A stretch of 64,000 nucleotides of DNA from Tubiluchus corallicola (lineage: Eukaryota > Animalia > Priapulida): assembly GCA_030141605.1 (NCBI GenBank), contig JAQGDQ010000894.1, positions 1 through 64,000 on the forward strand, in the 5' to 3' direction. Below are positions 39,675 through 63,029 of the stretch, in pieces. Numbering within the stretch: position 1 is the stretch's first letter; every line of letters begins with the position of its first letter. The position numbers and the translations under genes were made by a program. The notes beneath the pieces were generated by a model, which saw only the letters and a program-made list of their open reading frames with translations, was not told the origin of the DNA and made no database searches.

Positions 39675-42600
39675 ATGTAAGTTTATAAATATTTAATGTT
39701 TACATTTTTTCTTCTTAAATTATTGAGTACGTGGTACATTTGGTGGTTTTTTTAAGTATGTGAATAGTGGTAACTGAATCGTGTGTCGATTGCCCTTTTA
39801 ACAACAGTAATGAAGGTTTTTTTTCTATGCCAAGTTGTTTCTGCCGTTTGACAACAGTAATGAATGGTTTTGTTTTTTCATTCTATGCTAAATTGTTCCT
39901 GCCCTTTGACAACAGTAATGTAGGGCCTTGTTTTTTCATTTGTACCGAGTTGTTCCAGCCCTTTGGACATGTAGGGTTTTGTTTTTTTCATTCTATACTA
40001 AGTTGTTTCTGCCCTTTGACAACAGTAATGTAGGGCCTTGTTTTTTCATTCTATACTAAGTTGTTTTTGCCCTTTGACAACAGTAATGTAGGGCCTTGTT
40101 TTTTCATTTGTACCGAGTTGTTCCAGCCCTTTGGACATGTAGGGTTTTGTTTTTTCATTCTATACTAAGTTGTTTCTGCCCTTTGACAACAGTAATGTAG
40201 GGCCTTGTTTTTTCATTCTATACTAAGTTGTTTCTGCCCTTTGACAACAGTAATGTAGGGTTTTGTTTTTTTCATTCTATGCTAAGTTGTTTCTGTCCTT
40301 TGAATTCTATGCTAAATTGTTCCTGCCCTTTGACAACAGTAATGTAGGGCCTTGTTTTTTCATTCTATACTAAGTTGTTCCTGCCCTTTGTCATTCTGTA
40401 CTAAGTTGCCCTTTGGACATGTAGGGTTTTGCTTTTTCCATTTTTCCTAACTTCACAATTTAATATCAAGGTTGAAGCTGGCGTTTAGATTTGGACTCGT
40501 CGATGACTTTCATGTTTTTAATTTAGGAAGATCTTACTGGAAGCAACAACGCTGATGCTGCTGGTTACCATGGTACTTGCTGTTCATGATGAACAAGATG
40601 CTGCTTCAGGTTCTGCGCCTTACGGTAGGTGTGCTAATCTTGATAGATTTATATATATATATATATATATATATGCAGAGACATTGCAGAAAGACAAATT
40701 TCAATTTTATTTGTAAAATAAAGGATCATCACCATTATCTATTGAATCGCACGCCCAAGGACGTGAAACTGTTCACCTCTTTGTGCCAGGAATCTCCACT
40801 TTCTGCAATGGACCAATGTCCTCCTGTTAGCCAAGAATATTTTAAAGACTAACTTTCAATATGGTGATAATTACTAAAAAATGTTGAGGCAAAACGCAAT
40901 TTCCCGATTTACAAATAATAATTAAAACGAGCACATTGTGTTTTTCATGAAAATGCTTAATAATGTTCCGGGGTTCGACCCGATAGATAGCCTTACGGCC
41001 CGCCATCGGTGATGCGGGTAAGCGCTGCATAACGGACACTCCAGAAATTTAAAAAAACTGACGATGTCACGTGTTCGTTCTTTCCACAGGAAACCAGTGC
41101 TCAACCAATCGCAGGTAATGTTATGAGCTTCCTAGTTAAGTGGAGGTCATAACATTAGCTGTAGGTTGGCTGGCCTGGTGCCTATGAATAGAACTGTATA
41201 ATGCACTGTTCCCTGTTCAGCTTAATATTAATGCATCCACGTTTCTGTCTTTAGATCCGTGCTTACCGTATCCATGTAAAAATTACGGAACATGTATTGC
41301 CAATTCGTCTCCACAATGGCGATCAAGTTACGGATCCGGCGAATACTACTGTCTGTGCAAAGACGGTTATTCAGGACGTGATTGTGAAGTCAGTTACCGC
41401 GGCGAAGGTTTGTATTTTATAAATATATAGCCCGGAAACCTTGTAATCTTGGCCGTCGAGTTCTAGGTGCTCTTTCATACACCTAGCCTTATGATTCACC
41501 ACTGTGAGAGCTTGTAGAATTTTTAATTGTTTGTTCAATGTACATACATGCTTTATTTTTGTTGTGACAATACAATGACACAGTTTTTCCTGTGTAGATC
41601 CCTGTTATGGAAATCCTTGTGGTAGTTATGGAACTTGCTATCCTTACGATACCTACAGCGGTCATGGTGACAGGTACTACTGTCAATGCTACGAGGGCTA
41701 TTACGGAGATTATTGCACTGAATATCGTGGTATGTATGTGGAATAACTGCTATTACATTTATGGCTGCTTTTTGACTCACAAAAAATTCACAAGGTGGTG
41801 CTGCTATCAGTTTTCATATTTCGAAGAGAAAGGTACCATGTGGTTCCTCCACTCACTTTTGAATGCAGTACTGTCATTTTTTACTATTAACCAAATTGCT
41901 TGAAAATCATGTGTTTGTGATGTGCTGTGTAAAATGGTTTTTTTACTCCTGTAGATCCTTGCTATGGAAATCCTTGTGGTAGCTATGGCACTTGCTGTCT
42001 CTATGAGACCTACAGTGGATATGGGGACAGATTCTACTGCAAATGTGCCTACGGATATTATGGAACTTATTGCAATCAGTATCGCGGTATGTCTAACATT
42101 ATAAATGAAAGACATTGGATATTGGCATCAGATTGCATTTACATTGCATAACTGCTAACACCAGTTATACATGGTACTACAGCAGATTGCATTTACATTG
42201 CATACTGTACAGCTGCGCAATTGCTAACACTTGTTGTACATGCTCCTGCTGTACAGTGATAGGCGTATGCCATTTTTGCTCTTTTTCAGATCCCTGCTAT
42301 GGAAATCCTTGTGGCAGTTATGGCACTTGTTATCCTCACGAAACGTACAGTGGAGAGGGTGATAGATACTACTGCGAGTGCGATGATGGATACTATGGAG
42401 ACTATTGTAACGAATATCGTGGTATGTTTGCAGTAATTGTTTTACATAATTATGTTTGTAATGAAATTATATAATGTGATTCATTACTTTTTATATAATT
42501 GTACGCGGTGCTGCTGTGCAGTGATAGGAATATGCAATTTTTTCCGCTTTTTTTCAGATCCCTGTTACGAAAATCGTTGTGGCAGCTATGGCACTTGCTA

Positions 42601-44122
42601 TGCCAAAGAAACGTACAGTGGACATGGTGACAGGTTCTACTGCAAATGTCAAGAGGGATACTACGGAGATTATTGTGAAAAATATCGCGGTATGTCAGTT
42701 TCCAAATCTAAAAGAATTTCGAATACAATTGAAATTTTAGTTGTGCATTAATGCACGAGGATGCGACAGATCTATAGGTGTTTTTTGTCGCGCTTTTGAC
42801 TAATATAATTTCATGTTAGCAAGTAGAACAAAAATATGTCTAATGTCTCTTTTGCTCAGACGAAAACGTATTAGCCGAATTGTAAATCATGTATAATTCT
42901 GTAGACTTCTTGTAAGCTAATTAAATTTGTTACTAATTAAATTTGTAACAAATCTCTAAATATCTGTTTGTAACCTTGTATATAAACTTGTATCTAAGCT
43001 GCAATTAAAGGAACTGTGTACATACTGTACATATTCCACTTTGATGAACTAATATTTTGTTAAATCTTTAAATTTTTATATTTCCAGATATAACGAATAG
43101 CAAAGTACGTTTAATGCATTTTCTTTTTACTTACAGATCCCTGTTACGGTAATCCCTGTGGCTATCATGGCACTTGCTATGCTTATGACAAATACAGCGG
43201 GCGTGGGGACAAATTCTACTGTAAATGCTATAGTGGATACTACGGACAGTATTGTGATCAGAGACGTGGTATGTTGCGTTTATGGGTATTTTTGTACGAT
43301 ACTGTGGGCAAAAAACTTCTGTAAGAAATTATATTAATACATTACTGTTTGACTTTCTAGATCCGTGTTATAACATTAGCTGTGGACCACACGGTTACTG
43401 TGAAGCCTGGAGCACGTCATACAGGTGCAAGTGCTACAGCGGCTGGGGAGGAAAACGTTGTGATCGAAAAAGTATGTATAGCATAAGTCTTACCTGACCT
43501 GTAATAATGTTAGTGTTAAAGGAAGACAGGATGATTTTTTATATACCACCCCATTTCCAAGTCCGATAAAAACTGTACTTTTTAACACATTAATACTACA
43601 AAGGCGTCTCAACTGAATATAATTTTCAACAGCAAAAATATTCCACAGGAGTGTTGCACGTGTTTGCAAACGCGAAAATTGAATGCGTAGTTCGTTACAA
43701 ACTAACACATATGAACTGAAAGGTACAGCACCTGTCTTTTGTTCAACATGTTTCCGACAAAAATGCATATAACAGCGAAGAACTAGTGGTGCGAACATGA
43801 AATTGTATTTGTGTGGTAATAATTGTAATAATTGTTTCACGTAAGTATGTATGTTTCCTTTCAATATTTTAAAGAGTAGATTGTTTTGACCTGTGGTTTA
43901 AGATTGGGTCCGGTTTTGCCTTAAATTAAGACGTACAACTTTACAAATCTGTTTTTCTATTCTTTAGCCTGGAAATTAAATTTATCTTGCCCGTATGTTT
44001 CAATATTGTTTTAGGGCTGTCATTATGAATTCATTTTTGTTTCAGAGATTCACGTTGGTTATGGAACTCGCCGCAGGTATGGGACACATGGCAGGTCGTC
44101 CTCAGAGTCGACTAGATATTAG
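39675..44122 (+). CDS. Gene B: secreted Tyr-rich multi-EGF protein (7 EGF, basic C-terminal tail, 366 aa)
   Basis: Exons: AT 39675-39676, 40527-40624, 41255-41407, 41598-41729, 41955-42086, 42290-42421, 42558-42689, 43137-43268, 43361-43471, 44046-44122. This gives a 1101-nt open frame; AATAAA at 44406. Confidence 0.85.
39790..40440. repeat. ~50-58-bp minisatellite in the first intron of gene B
   Basis: Repeats of gccctttgacaacagtaatgtagggccttgttttttcattctatactaagttgtttct. Confidence 0.9.
40527..40624 (+). CDS. Gene B signal-peptide exon
   Basis: (AT|G)KILLEATTLMLLVTMVLA-VHDEQDAASGSAPY, which aligns with the gene A signal ([12 protein letters not shown]); donor g|gtaggt. Confidence 0.8.
41255..41407 (+). 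CDS. Gene B EGF1 (paralog of gene A EGF1)
   Basis: DPCLPYPCKNYGTCIANSSPQWRSSYGSGEYYCLCKDGYSGRDCEVSYRGE; same gtttgt donor as gene A. Confidence 0.92.
41598..41729 (+). CDS. Gene B EGF2 (Tyr-rich type)
   Basis: [44 protein letters not shown]. Confidence 0.92.
41955..42086 (+). CDS. Gene B EGF3 (7 Cys)
   Basis: DPCYGNPCGSYGTCCLYETYSGYGDRFYCKCAYGYYGTYCNQYR. Confidence 0.9.
42290..42421 (+). CDS. Gene B EGF4
   Basis: [44 protein letters not shown]. Confidence 0.92.
42558..42689 (+). CDS. Gene B EGF5
   Basis: DPCYENRCGSYGTCYAKETYSGHGDRFYCKCQEGYYGDYCEKYR. Confidence 0.92.
43137..43268 (+). CDS. Gene B EGF6 (loop RGD)
   Basis: [44 protein letters not shown]. Confidence 0.92.
43361..43471 (+). 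CDS. Gene B EGF7 (short Trp type)
   Basis: DPCYNISCGPHGYCEAWSTSYRCKCYSGWGGKRCDRK; 111 nt, like gene A EGF20. Confidence 0.9.
43520..43920. mobile_element. Kolobok-like family 1 element (internally deleted) in the last intron of gene B
   Basis: TTAA on both sides; termini aggaagacagga / tccggttttgcc; homologous to 11078-11692. Confidence 0.75.
44046..44122 (+). CDS. Gene B terminal exon, Arg/Gly/Ser/Tyr-rich tail
   Basis: tttcag acceptor; KIHVGYGTRRRYGTHGRSSSESTRY* followed by a second TAG. Confidence 0.78.
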
Positions 44123-45198
44123 TAGATCTATAGACCACAAACGGTTTCTGATATCAAAATGACAGTTGGCGTTGGCATCCCGAAAATGCATCAATGCACA
44201 ATTTTCAGACACTGGCAGACTTGGCAGACTTTGGATTGACTTGATTAAATATATTAGTTAATTTTAGTCATTTAAGCAAGTTATTAACACAGTTCTATTT
44301 GTATGTTTTGCTGTTGTGAAATTGTTAACATTAATTTTTGGCACTTGATATTGGTGGTTCAAGAATTTCTTGTGAATGTCTGTTTTTAGTATACAGTTTT
44401 GTTAAAATAAAATTTGTTTGGAATCAAAAATTTCAGTTGTTTGCGTTAAATTTGGCTATTTGGGAACATTACAGTTTCTAGAAAGTTTTTAATTTGATGA
44501 AAGAATCACGTTTCTAATAGAAAATTTACAAAAAGTGGCATAAGCAGAAAAGTACTGAGTTATACGTAAAAGAACTTTAAATATTAGCAAACGGTTGATT
44601 CATTATTATTAACAATTTAATTTATACTCTACGTCACTTCTATGTCTCACCTTATGGTACGCTGGACATATTACGTAGATTATTTTACTGACAAGATACT
44701 ATTCCATTTCCAGCACAGCCAAAAGTTGGGTTACGTTTGTGTGATTGACCCTTGACCCAGGTAACCCCAAATCAATGACGTCTAGTTTTTGTTCTGTACA
44801 GATTGCAGTGTTGCCTACGCAATAAATTACCCAATGCGCATGTTGGGTCCAATAAAACCAGAAACATTTTTTTTCAAAAGTTTTAAGACTGAAAGAATGT
44901 GTTTTTTATCTGCCATATTTTTTCTAACAACGTGGTTCTGTGTGAATATAGGAAACATGCCCAATAAAGTTGACCTTGTACTTTTGCTTAGCCTCGTAAA
45001 CCCCTATATGTTCATTTATTATTCGGTACTATTTGTTGATAACACACACAAGAATAAATTTGGGTAAACGACTACACCAAATTATATACCTAAGATTTAA
45101 AATGTAACCACGCTTACTTGAAGTCTCATTTTCTGCCTTCTAAAATTAACAAAGCTGCTACTGATTGTACTTCTAATTTAACTCTGTTTTGGCCAAGT

Positions 45199-45246
<48 letters not shown>

Positions 45247-45249
<3 letters not shown>

Positions 45250-45499
45250 CCCACAATTAATTAAACTTTAATACCAAACTTTAAAGACAGGATATATGAC
45301 CTGAGATCTTCTGTTTACAAGGCAGATGCCTTGGGCCACGCGGCCAATGTATTTCTTAATGCTGAAGGCTGGGATGAACTTACTAAAGGCATTGCCTTGT
45401 AAGCAGAAGGTTTTTGGTTCAAATCCAGGCTGTATCCTAAATTTTTCACACTTTCTATCTTTCAGAAATTGCTATCAAAATTTAATTAATTGTGGGTTT
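45247..45499. mobile_element. Palindromic element built from two divergent tRNA-like units, copy 1; adjacent (TAA)n at 45199-45247
   Basis: Ends aaacccacaattaattaaa / tttaattaattgtgggttt; B-box ggttcaaatcc on +; A-box-like tggccgcgtgg on -; inverted second copy at 52865-53115. Confidence 0.75.
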
Positions 45500-45812
45500 T
45501 TTTCCATCATTTTGCCCAAGTTGTCCATGTTTTACTAGAAGCTCTGCTTACTAATCACTGCAGTAGGCGCTTGGATTCAAAGGGTAAGATGTGCCAGGTT
45601 TGTTTTAAATAACTTAATGGGTAAGCGCTACTAAAACTACCTCGAGCAGTTTCATTTGGGATACTAAGTCTCTCTGTTACACAAATAGTGGTAGGCTTGT
45701 TTCCCGAACGTGACTAAAATAACCTTGCTAGTTGAGTGCCTCAGACAATCGTCTTTGTTAGTAAACTAGATGCTGGTCCCACCACATACAAGCATTAAAC
45801 ATTAATAGTAAG

Positions 45813-46203
45813 CAGGGCATGATTATTAGCTTTTGAGGTCCTATAGGCCAATGAAATTATGGGGCCCTCTCAGACGGAACCACCCTCTAAGACGGAACCA
45901 CCCTCTAAGTCGCCTGCACCCGTCTTGAATATTTTTTACTCGTTATATATTTTAGCGACATTTGCGTAGCATGAAGTAAACTTGTTGCAAATTCTTTAAA
46001 TAAGCTAGAATAACTATCTTTTGTTTGTCCATAAAAATGTTCTTTAAGAAAAGAGCTTGACCACTATTTTACGATATATTGAAAACCAAATTTGCACCAC
46101 AACGTTAGTGAAAAACGATTTTTTATCAAAGGCTATTAAGGGCACCGAAGTCTCAGGGCCCTATACTGCAGCCTATACTAGCCTGTAGGATAATCTGACC
46201 CTG
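45813..46203. mobile_element. Possible hAT-like MITE
   Basis: Imperfect TIRs cagggcatgattat / ataatctgaccctg; TSD degraded. Confidence 0.5.
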
Positions 46204-47561
46204 TTAGGAGGCTTCGCTTGTTCAACATTGTACTGTGCCTAAACTGCATAAAATATAATATATACTTTTGCTGCATGGATTTCGGTATTTTTATATTACA
46301 ACCCGCAATATAGTAGTGACAAGGACAGGCCTCGGGTGTTTTCCTAAATCTGAGCACAAAATGCGGAAAGAATCAGGTACTCGGAGATTAGGAATTTGAG
46401 CCGTAGGTGGATTGGACACGACTCGAGTTCAGAAAAAGCGTCGCTAGGTGATGTGCAAATTTAAGAGCACCACGTAGGCTCAAGTCTGTTGTTCACACGT
46501 TTGTATGTAACTTTTTAGCTTACAGCAAAACAAAACAAACACAGAAAGTCAGAGCGAATTAACAACGAAAAGAAATGTAATCATTATAGATAATAAGAGT
46601 TTTAAACAATTATCAGACTTAACATAACAAATCACAAGACATCTTTACGCACGTCTATTGTTTCATTGAGTTAACGTATGATAATTTTGACGTTTCAAAA
46701 AGTTTCAAGACACGTTGAAGATTTCACAAAGCACCCTGTTTTTAGATCTCGATTTCTGCCAGCTCGACGTAACTACTCTAATAATTCCGGTTCAAAATAC
46801 GACACTTGTGACCAAAAAGATCGTGACTACGCGTGGTCAAGGCCCCGGGCTATTTTTCTGTCTTAAAAACCACACTGGACCTAGAAACAAACGTCAAATG
46901 TTGTGTAGGGGTACAGAGTAAACGTTTTTGTTGAGTCTTGGTTCAAGGACTAACGGAAAATAGTAGGTATGTAAAATTTTCAGCAAAAAAGTTACAAATA
47001 ATTTGATTATGTAAGTTTTGTTTTAGAAGATTTGTTCTTTTCTTATGGTCAATTCTGTGTTGAAAAACTGCAGTTTTCAGAACTATATTTTTTAGAAAAT
47101 GTTTAGATCATTTGGCATTGAAGCTTTAGTGGGTCTATAAACTAGGACATCGTTATTGTTTAATTTATTAGCATTTCTAGCATAGATTTATCACGTGTTT
47201 TTCTAACAACTGTGATTCTGATTGATAAAAATACGAAATTTTGCAATTCTGAATCGACTAACGAACATGTGAACTGAATAAAAATCAGTAAACACATTTT
47301 CTTTTAAATGTTCGTGCATTTTATTCGTCTTCAAATTTGTTGCGTCAAATTTATCTTACGCAAAAAACAGATACAATTTTGTTAGTCAGACAATTTATTT
47401 CTGAAATGTGAGGTATTTCACAACCTCTTGGTTGAATATTACCTAATAGTTAGTTCTAGATGTTCTAACTGATACTGCTGTACTTACAGTATATAAATAT
47501 AGGTTTAGGTATTAGGTCTTGTATTGTTTTGCAGTATTTCAGGAAATATATTTTAAATTAA

Positions 47562-48025
47562 CCCTTTCAGTCCCAAATTATTTTTTTAATAAGAAAAATT
47601 TTTTTGGCCTGGTAATTTTGTTCAGTATGTCCATCTTGTTTACACATAATAATTATTTTTTTCTACCTGTGCCCGTGTGCTAAATATAGCCTGTATCCCA
47701 CGGGATACATTGGGATTCAATGTAAGCATAAAATGTGCTTCATTTTGCAACTGCTGATAATTTTTTAAAGTATTTAAGACATTTAGTATGCATGCTATGC
47801 TCATCTGTACTAAGTCGTCTCTAAAGTACTGTACCTTGCGCAGTTTTTTATGTTATGCTATGTAGATTTTCTAGTTTACCATTTTATCACCATTTTAGTC
47901 TGTTGTTATTGGCTTAAATCAAAATAACTATTAACAGATCAAATAAGTGTCAGTTTTAAAATTTTATTAATTTTAAAGGCAGAAAATATTCTCGTATCAG
48001 ATGGGATACAATGGGTATGAAAGGG
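47562..48025. mobile_element. piggyBac-like MITE
   Basis: TTAA|ccctttcagtccca ... tgggtatgaaaggg|TTAA. Confidence 0.85.
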
Positions 48026-48154
48026 TTAACATCTTAAACGCCAAAGGGTAGATTATGAAATCTTGTGAGAATTACTTCATTGTATTTTAATCCCCTGTAA
48101 AGAATCGTGTATAATTATTTACCAAGAACCATATTGTGTGTTTTATAGGCAACG

Positions 48155-58722
<10,568 letters not shown>

Positions 58723-59689
58723 TAGTGCCATCTAGAAAACTAGAGCTTTAGAAAAAGTTTATTATAAGTTTCCGTTTGTCAGCCATTATTCTACAGGCAT
58801 TCACGCAGGGCCTAAGCCGCATTCCTAGGATGTGTGTCCTCTTGCACCTTGGAGATTTAACGAAGTTTGTTTTCAGTATCTGTCCGCATTGTGTTCTTCT
58901 TCAATTTGCCAGTCTAGAAACTCTTGACATGTATTAATTTAATTTAAACGAGTTTGCTCAGAATGACAGTCATGTTAAATTAAAAAAAATACAGTATTGC
59001 AAAGAAGAAATTGCTTTTGAAAGTGTCGTAGGGCGGAACCATCAGTCAGCTTCAGTGGCGGTTCGTAAATACAATTAATGGGGGTGCTGCTTCAGAAAAT
59101 TTGTAGCTATTGTTTTAATACTATGTAAAACGAAACAAACATGTAATTATAATGTTTAATCAACAAGCAGTTTTAGCCGCTATAATAGACTTTAATGTAA
59201 CCACAGTACAAATTATTTTACTTTTACTAATGATTGTAACCTCATTTTATATAGTTTATTATATATTCAGGCCTATATGTTACCTATGTTCTCATGTTAC
59301 GTGTTATATAAATGTTAAATATCGTGTGTATAACAAGTAGGAAAAATGTTCTTTGAAATCATATCTGCAGTATTCGCATTTTAATTTTTCTTTAATTCTA
59401 GTTGCTACATATACCAAATCGCTTCGATAGTCACTTGACAGTTAATTTGATTGCGAGCATTACGAGATTGTAAAATTGTAAATTTCCAATAAAAGGGTTT
59501 CATAAAATCGCATTTTGACTTCCGGGTGAATTTTAATTCATGGAATCATAAATTGTTAATGTGATGACGACAGTGTCTTTCCCATCAAAGACTTCTGTTT
59601 CGTTGGGAAAACACTAAAAATGAAACAAAGTTTATTAGTTTTTTAACTCTTTTAATTTTTATTTTAATCCAATACATATAGTACTATAT

Positions 59690-60227
59690 GAAAACCGGAC
59701 GATTGTTTAGACTCAATCTCATTTTAATTTATTGTCCAAAATATACATTTTCTTGACTATAAAAGTTAGCGATTGTTTCTTATATTTGAACAATTAGCTT
59801 AGAAAGTTAATTAACTGCAACCGAGCACAGCTATTGCTTACGTCAGAAAGTAACCACAGTTTGTGCAACGGCAGGCGTCTTTTCTTGCCTCAAGCGCGTT
59901 TGTGTAAGCTTTTATGCTTAAACGTGTGATGTTACGAAAATGGGCTCTACGTCTTAAGACGTCAGAAACTAACACTGCAGTTCGTGATCATGGTTATCAC
60001 GGTACCGACTTCTATTTGTCGGCCACGCGAATGTGATAGAAAGGCGCTGTTGCCAATCTTAGTAGATTCACTGAGCCACGCGTAGCTTTGAAAGTTTAAC
60101 AAAATTTGAGTATCCGAGGTAATTATTATTTAATCCAAGTTTTGATGTAAAATAAGCTGTTGTAGTTTTCAATATTTAGAGTATTCCTTATTCTGAACTA
60201 ATGTTTACACAATCATCTGGTTTTCTT
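59690..60227. mobile_element. Kolobok-like family 2 element, second copy
   Basis: Colinear with 50542-51067. Confidence 0.72.
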
Positions 60228-60355
60228 TTAGAATTATTGATAAAACAGGTTAAAGATTACTAACTAAAAATCTAAAATACTTATTAACCATATCTTGCCT
60301 AAAAATCATCAGATATGTTTCGTCAGTTTTTAAAAATGGAGACTCAAATGAAACA

Positions 60356-60600
60356 TCAGAGTTTTCTACATCTACAAACTAGATTGTCATTTTTACTGGC
60401 GAGTTTACGATTTCTTAAATTACAGCAACTCTTCCTCATTAATGCTTTAAAGCGTGGAACGTTATTATCTGCACAAATACAAGGCACTCTCGTACCAAAT
60501 TCATAATGTATTTTAAAAAATTTACTAAGAGCAACATTATATGCCGATCTGAGTTTCTCAATCTTATGTCTATTAGGTCTATCAAGCAATTAGTAGCGTG
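60356..60600 (-). mobile_element. Decayed 3' ORF2 fragment of a non-LTR retrotransposon (L2/CR1-group-like)
   Basis: KLRSAYNVALSKFF...NNVPRFKALMRKS...SKN resembles the conserved post-RT C-terminal segment of such LINEs; recognised from memory, not searched. Confidence 0.5.
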
Positions 60601-60807
60601 TTAATAAAAATTTAAAAAAATGCATGACACCTTTAAACACCTGTCTGATGTCGTCCTCAGTTGCAAGTGTTCAAAATGTGTAGTTAGCAAAGCCAGAAAG
60701 AAATGTAACAAACGTTATCGGGATTCAATACGTAGTGTTTACAGTGAAATGTATGTGGGCGGAGCTGAATGTCGGAGCAGCATATGAAATAGAAGTGAAG
60801 CGAGTAT

Positions 60808-61253
<446 letters not shown>

Positions 61254-62150
61254 CTGCCCATTAGGTCTATTGTAGGCATTGGGCAGAGAGATTTGTAAAA
61301 TAACAGAAATCTGTTGCCGAGACTGGTAAACACAGCAGTAGTCCAGCAAAAAACTGACAATGCTATACTAGTGGCTTGTCAGCACCGCTTCCGAACTAAA
61401 TGGATAGAACTTTGCCGATTATTCAAAGCGGTTTATGTTCAATAATGCTCAACCACTTTTAAATTAACAGAAACAATTCAGTGTTAACCCTACATAATAC
61501 ATCAATTACATCTTCGTTACCTGGATGGTCATAGCTAACAATGTTGTCAAAAACAGCTGAATTAGAGGCATGTTTTGACAGAATTGTCAAGGTTCACACA
61601 CACAAAAAAGTGTCTAGACGACTTTCCTATGTATGTAGCGTTGCACTTATATCTATAGACTACCATAGATTGCAAAAGTGTCGGCATAATTTGATCTTGA
61701 AGTCGATAAATTCTTAATACCGAAAACACATACAAATATTCTCAATAAAATTTTTTATTAGCAAACAGATTTAAACATTTTTAACAACAAGCAGCTGCAG
61801 TTTAAATCTGCACTACTGACTTTAGCCACGCATTAGTGACTGCGGGCGACCATGAGTCACTGTCTTGTTCTTTGCCAATAACTATGTTTTCACTGTGGTA
61901 TGTTTATTAAAGAGGCTAGTGCTGTTGTAATTGTGTTTGATACATAACTTGTTTCTTAATACCAAGAGGCTTGTTACTTTTCTACAAAAGAGTAACGCAT
62001 GTAATTAAATTAGTTTAAATCTTTGCAATGAAATTCATAAAGAAAATAATTATGCCATGTAGCCTTCCAGTTTATTCTTCAATTTACAAGGTGAAAGCTG
62101 AAACGAATAAGTCTCCCCACAGTTTCGTTGCGCGCACGCGCAGTTACTGT

Positions 62151-62434
62151 AGGTCAAAGGTTAAGTGTACCACAGCAACGCGTCTTAGCTAGAACCGTCA
62201 CGTGATATATGGGTAAAGCAAAGCCCAGTTCAATAACTTCAGTTGTTTTCGTGGACTTTGCTTAATTATGCATTAGTGTGTGCGGTATCTTGCTCAGGAA
62301 CAAGAAAAAATGAAGTAGGAAAGGTTCTATAGCTAGCATTCGTCCCTTTTTTAATTATTAGTACAATAGCTTGGGCTACGAGGCGTCGTCAAGTGTACAC
62401 AAATGCGTTGTCTAGTACGCTTAACCTTTGATCT
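62151..62434. mobile_element. MITE-like element with 20-bp TIRs
   Basis: aggtcaaaggttaagtgtac / gtacgcttaacctttgatct (2 mismatches). Confidence 0.6.
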
Positions 62435-63029
62435 TTTCACGATCATTACCAATCGCTGGAACTGTGAAGGGCTTATTAACAGATGTTTGGAGAACAATAA
62501 TGTCAGGTCGATTATTACGAAATAATAAAAAACTGTTCCAGACGTGGTTTTTGTTTGGCATAGGACTGTCTTCGGATCTACTGTTTTTGTCTATAAATGT
62601 TTATCTATAAATACCATCAGACTTATAATACGTAATTACATTATAAAGTAACACTTAATTTTTCAATGATTCTGATTAATAATTAGAAACTAAAATTTTT
62701 AAATAATTACAATATAAAACATTCAAACGCTTTAATCCCTAAAATACAAGTAAAAATACAACGAGGAAAATAAGTACCTGGTCAGTTTGACTGGCGGATG
62801 AAAGCCTTTTCCCACAATTATCTTATAATTAATTATGCTAATTAATTTTAATACTGGAGTTAAGCTATATATTAAGTGAACACTATTTTACGTTGTTTCG
62901 GAATACATTATGTACACAATACGATGAAAATTAATTAAATTTTCTGAGAGACGTTTCATTTAATATAAAATGTTTAACGTAACGCCCCCTATGATAACGG
63001 TTACACTAAAGTGGTGAACTTCATGGACG

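Noticed and set aside
41090-41114. AG/GT-bounded 25-nt micro-exon in a gene B intron
   Set aside because: Its length is not a multiple of 3, so it would frameshift the EGF array.
45367-45432. Functional tRNA-Thr gene
   Set aside because: The D-arm and acceptor stem are degenerate and the sequence is part of a repeated element, so it is treated as tRNA-derived.
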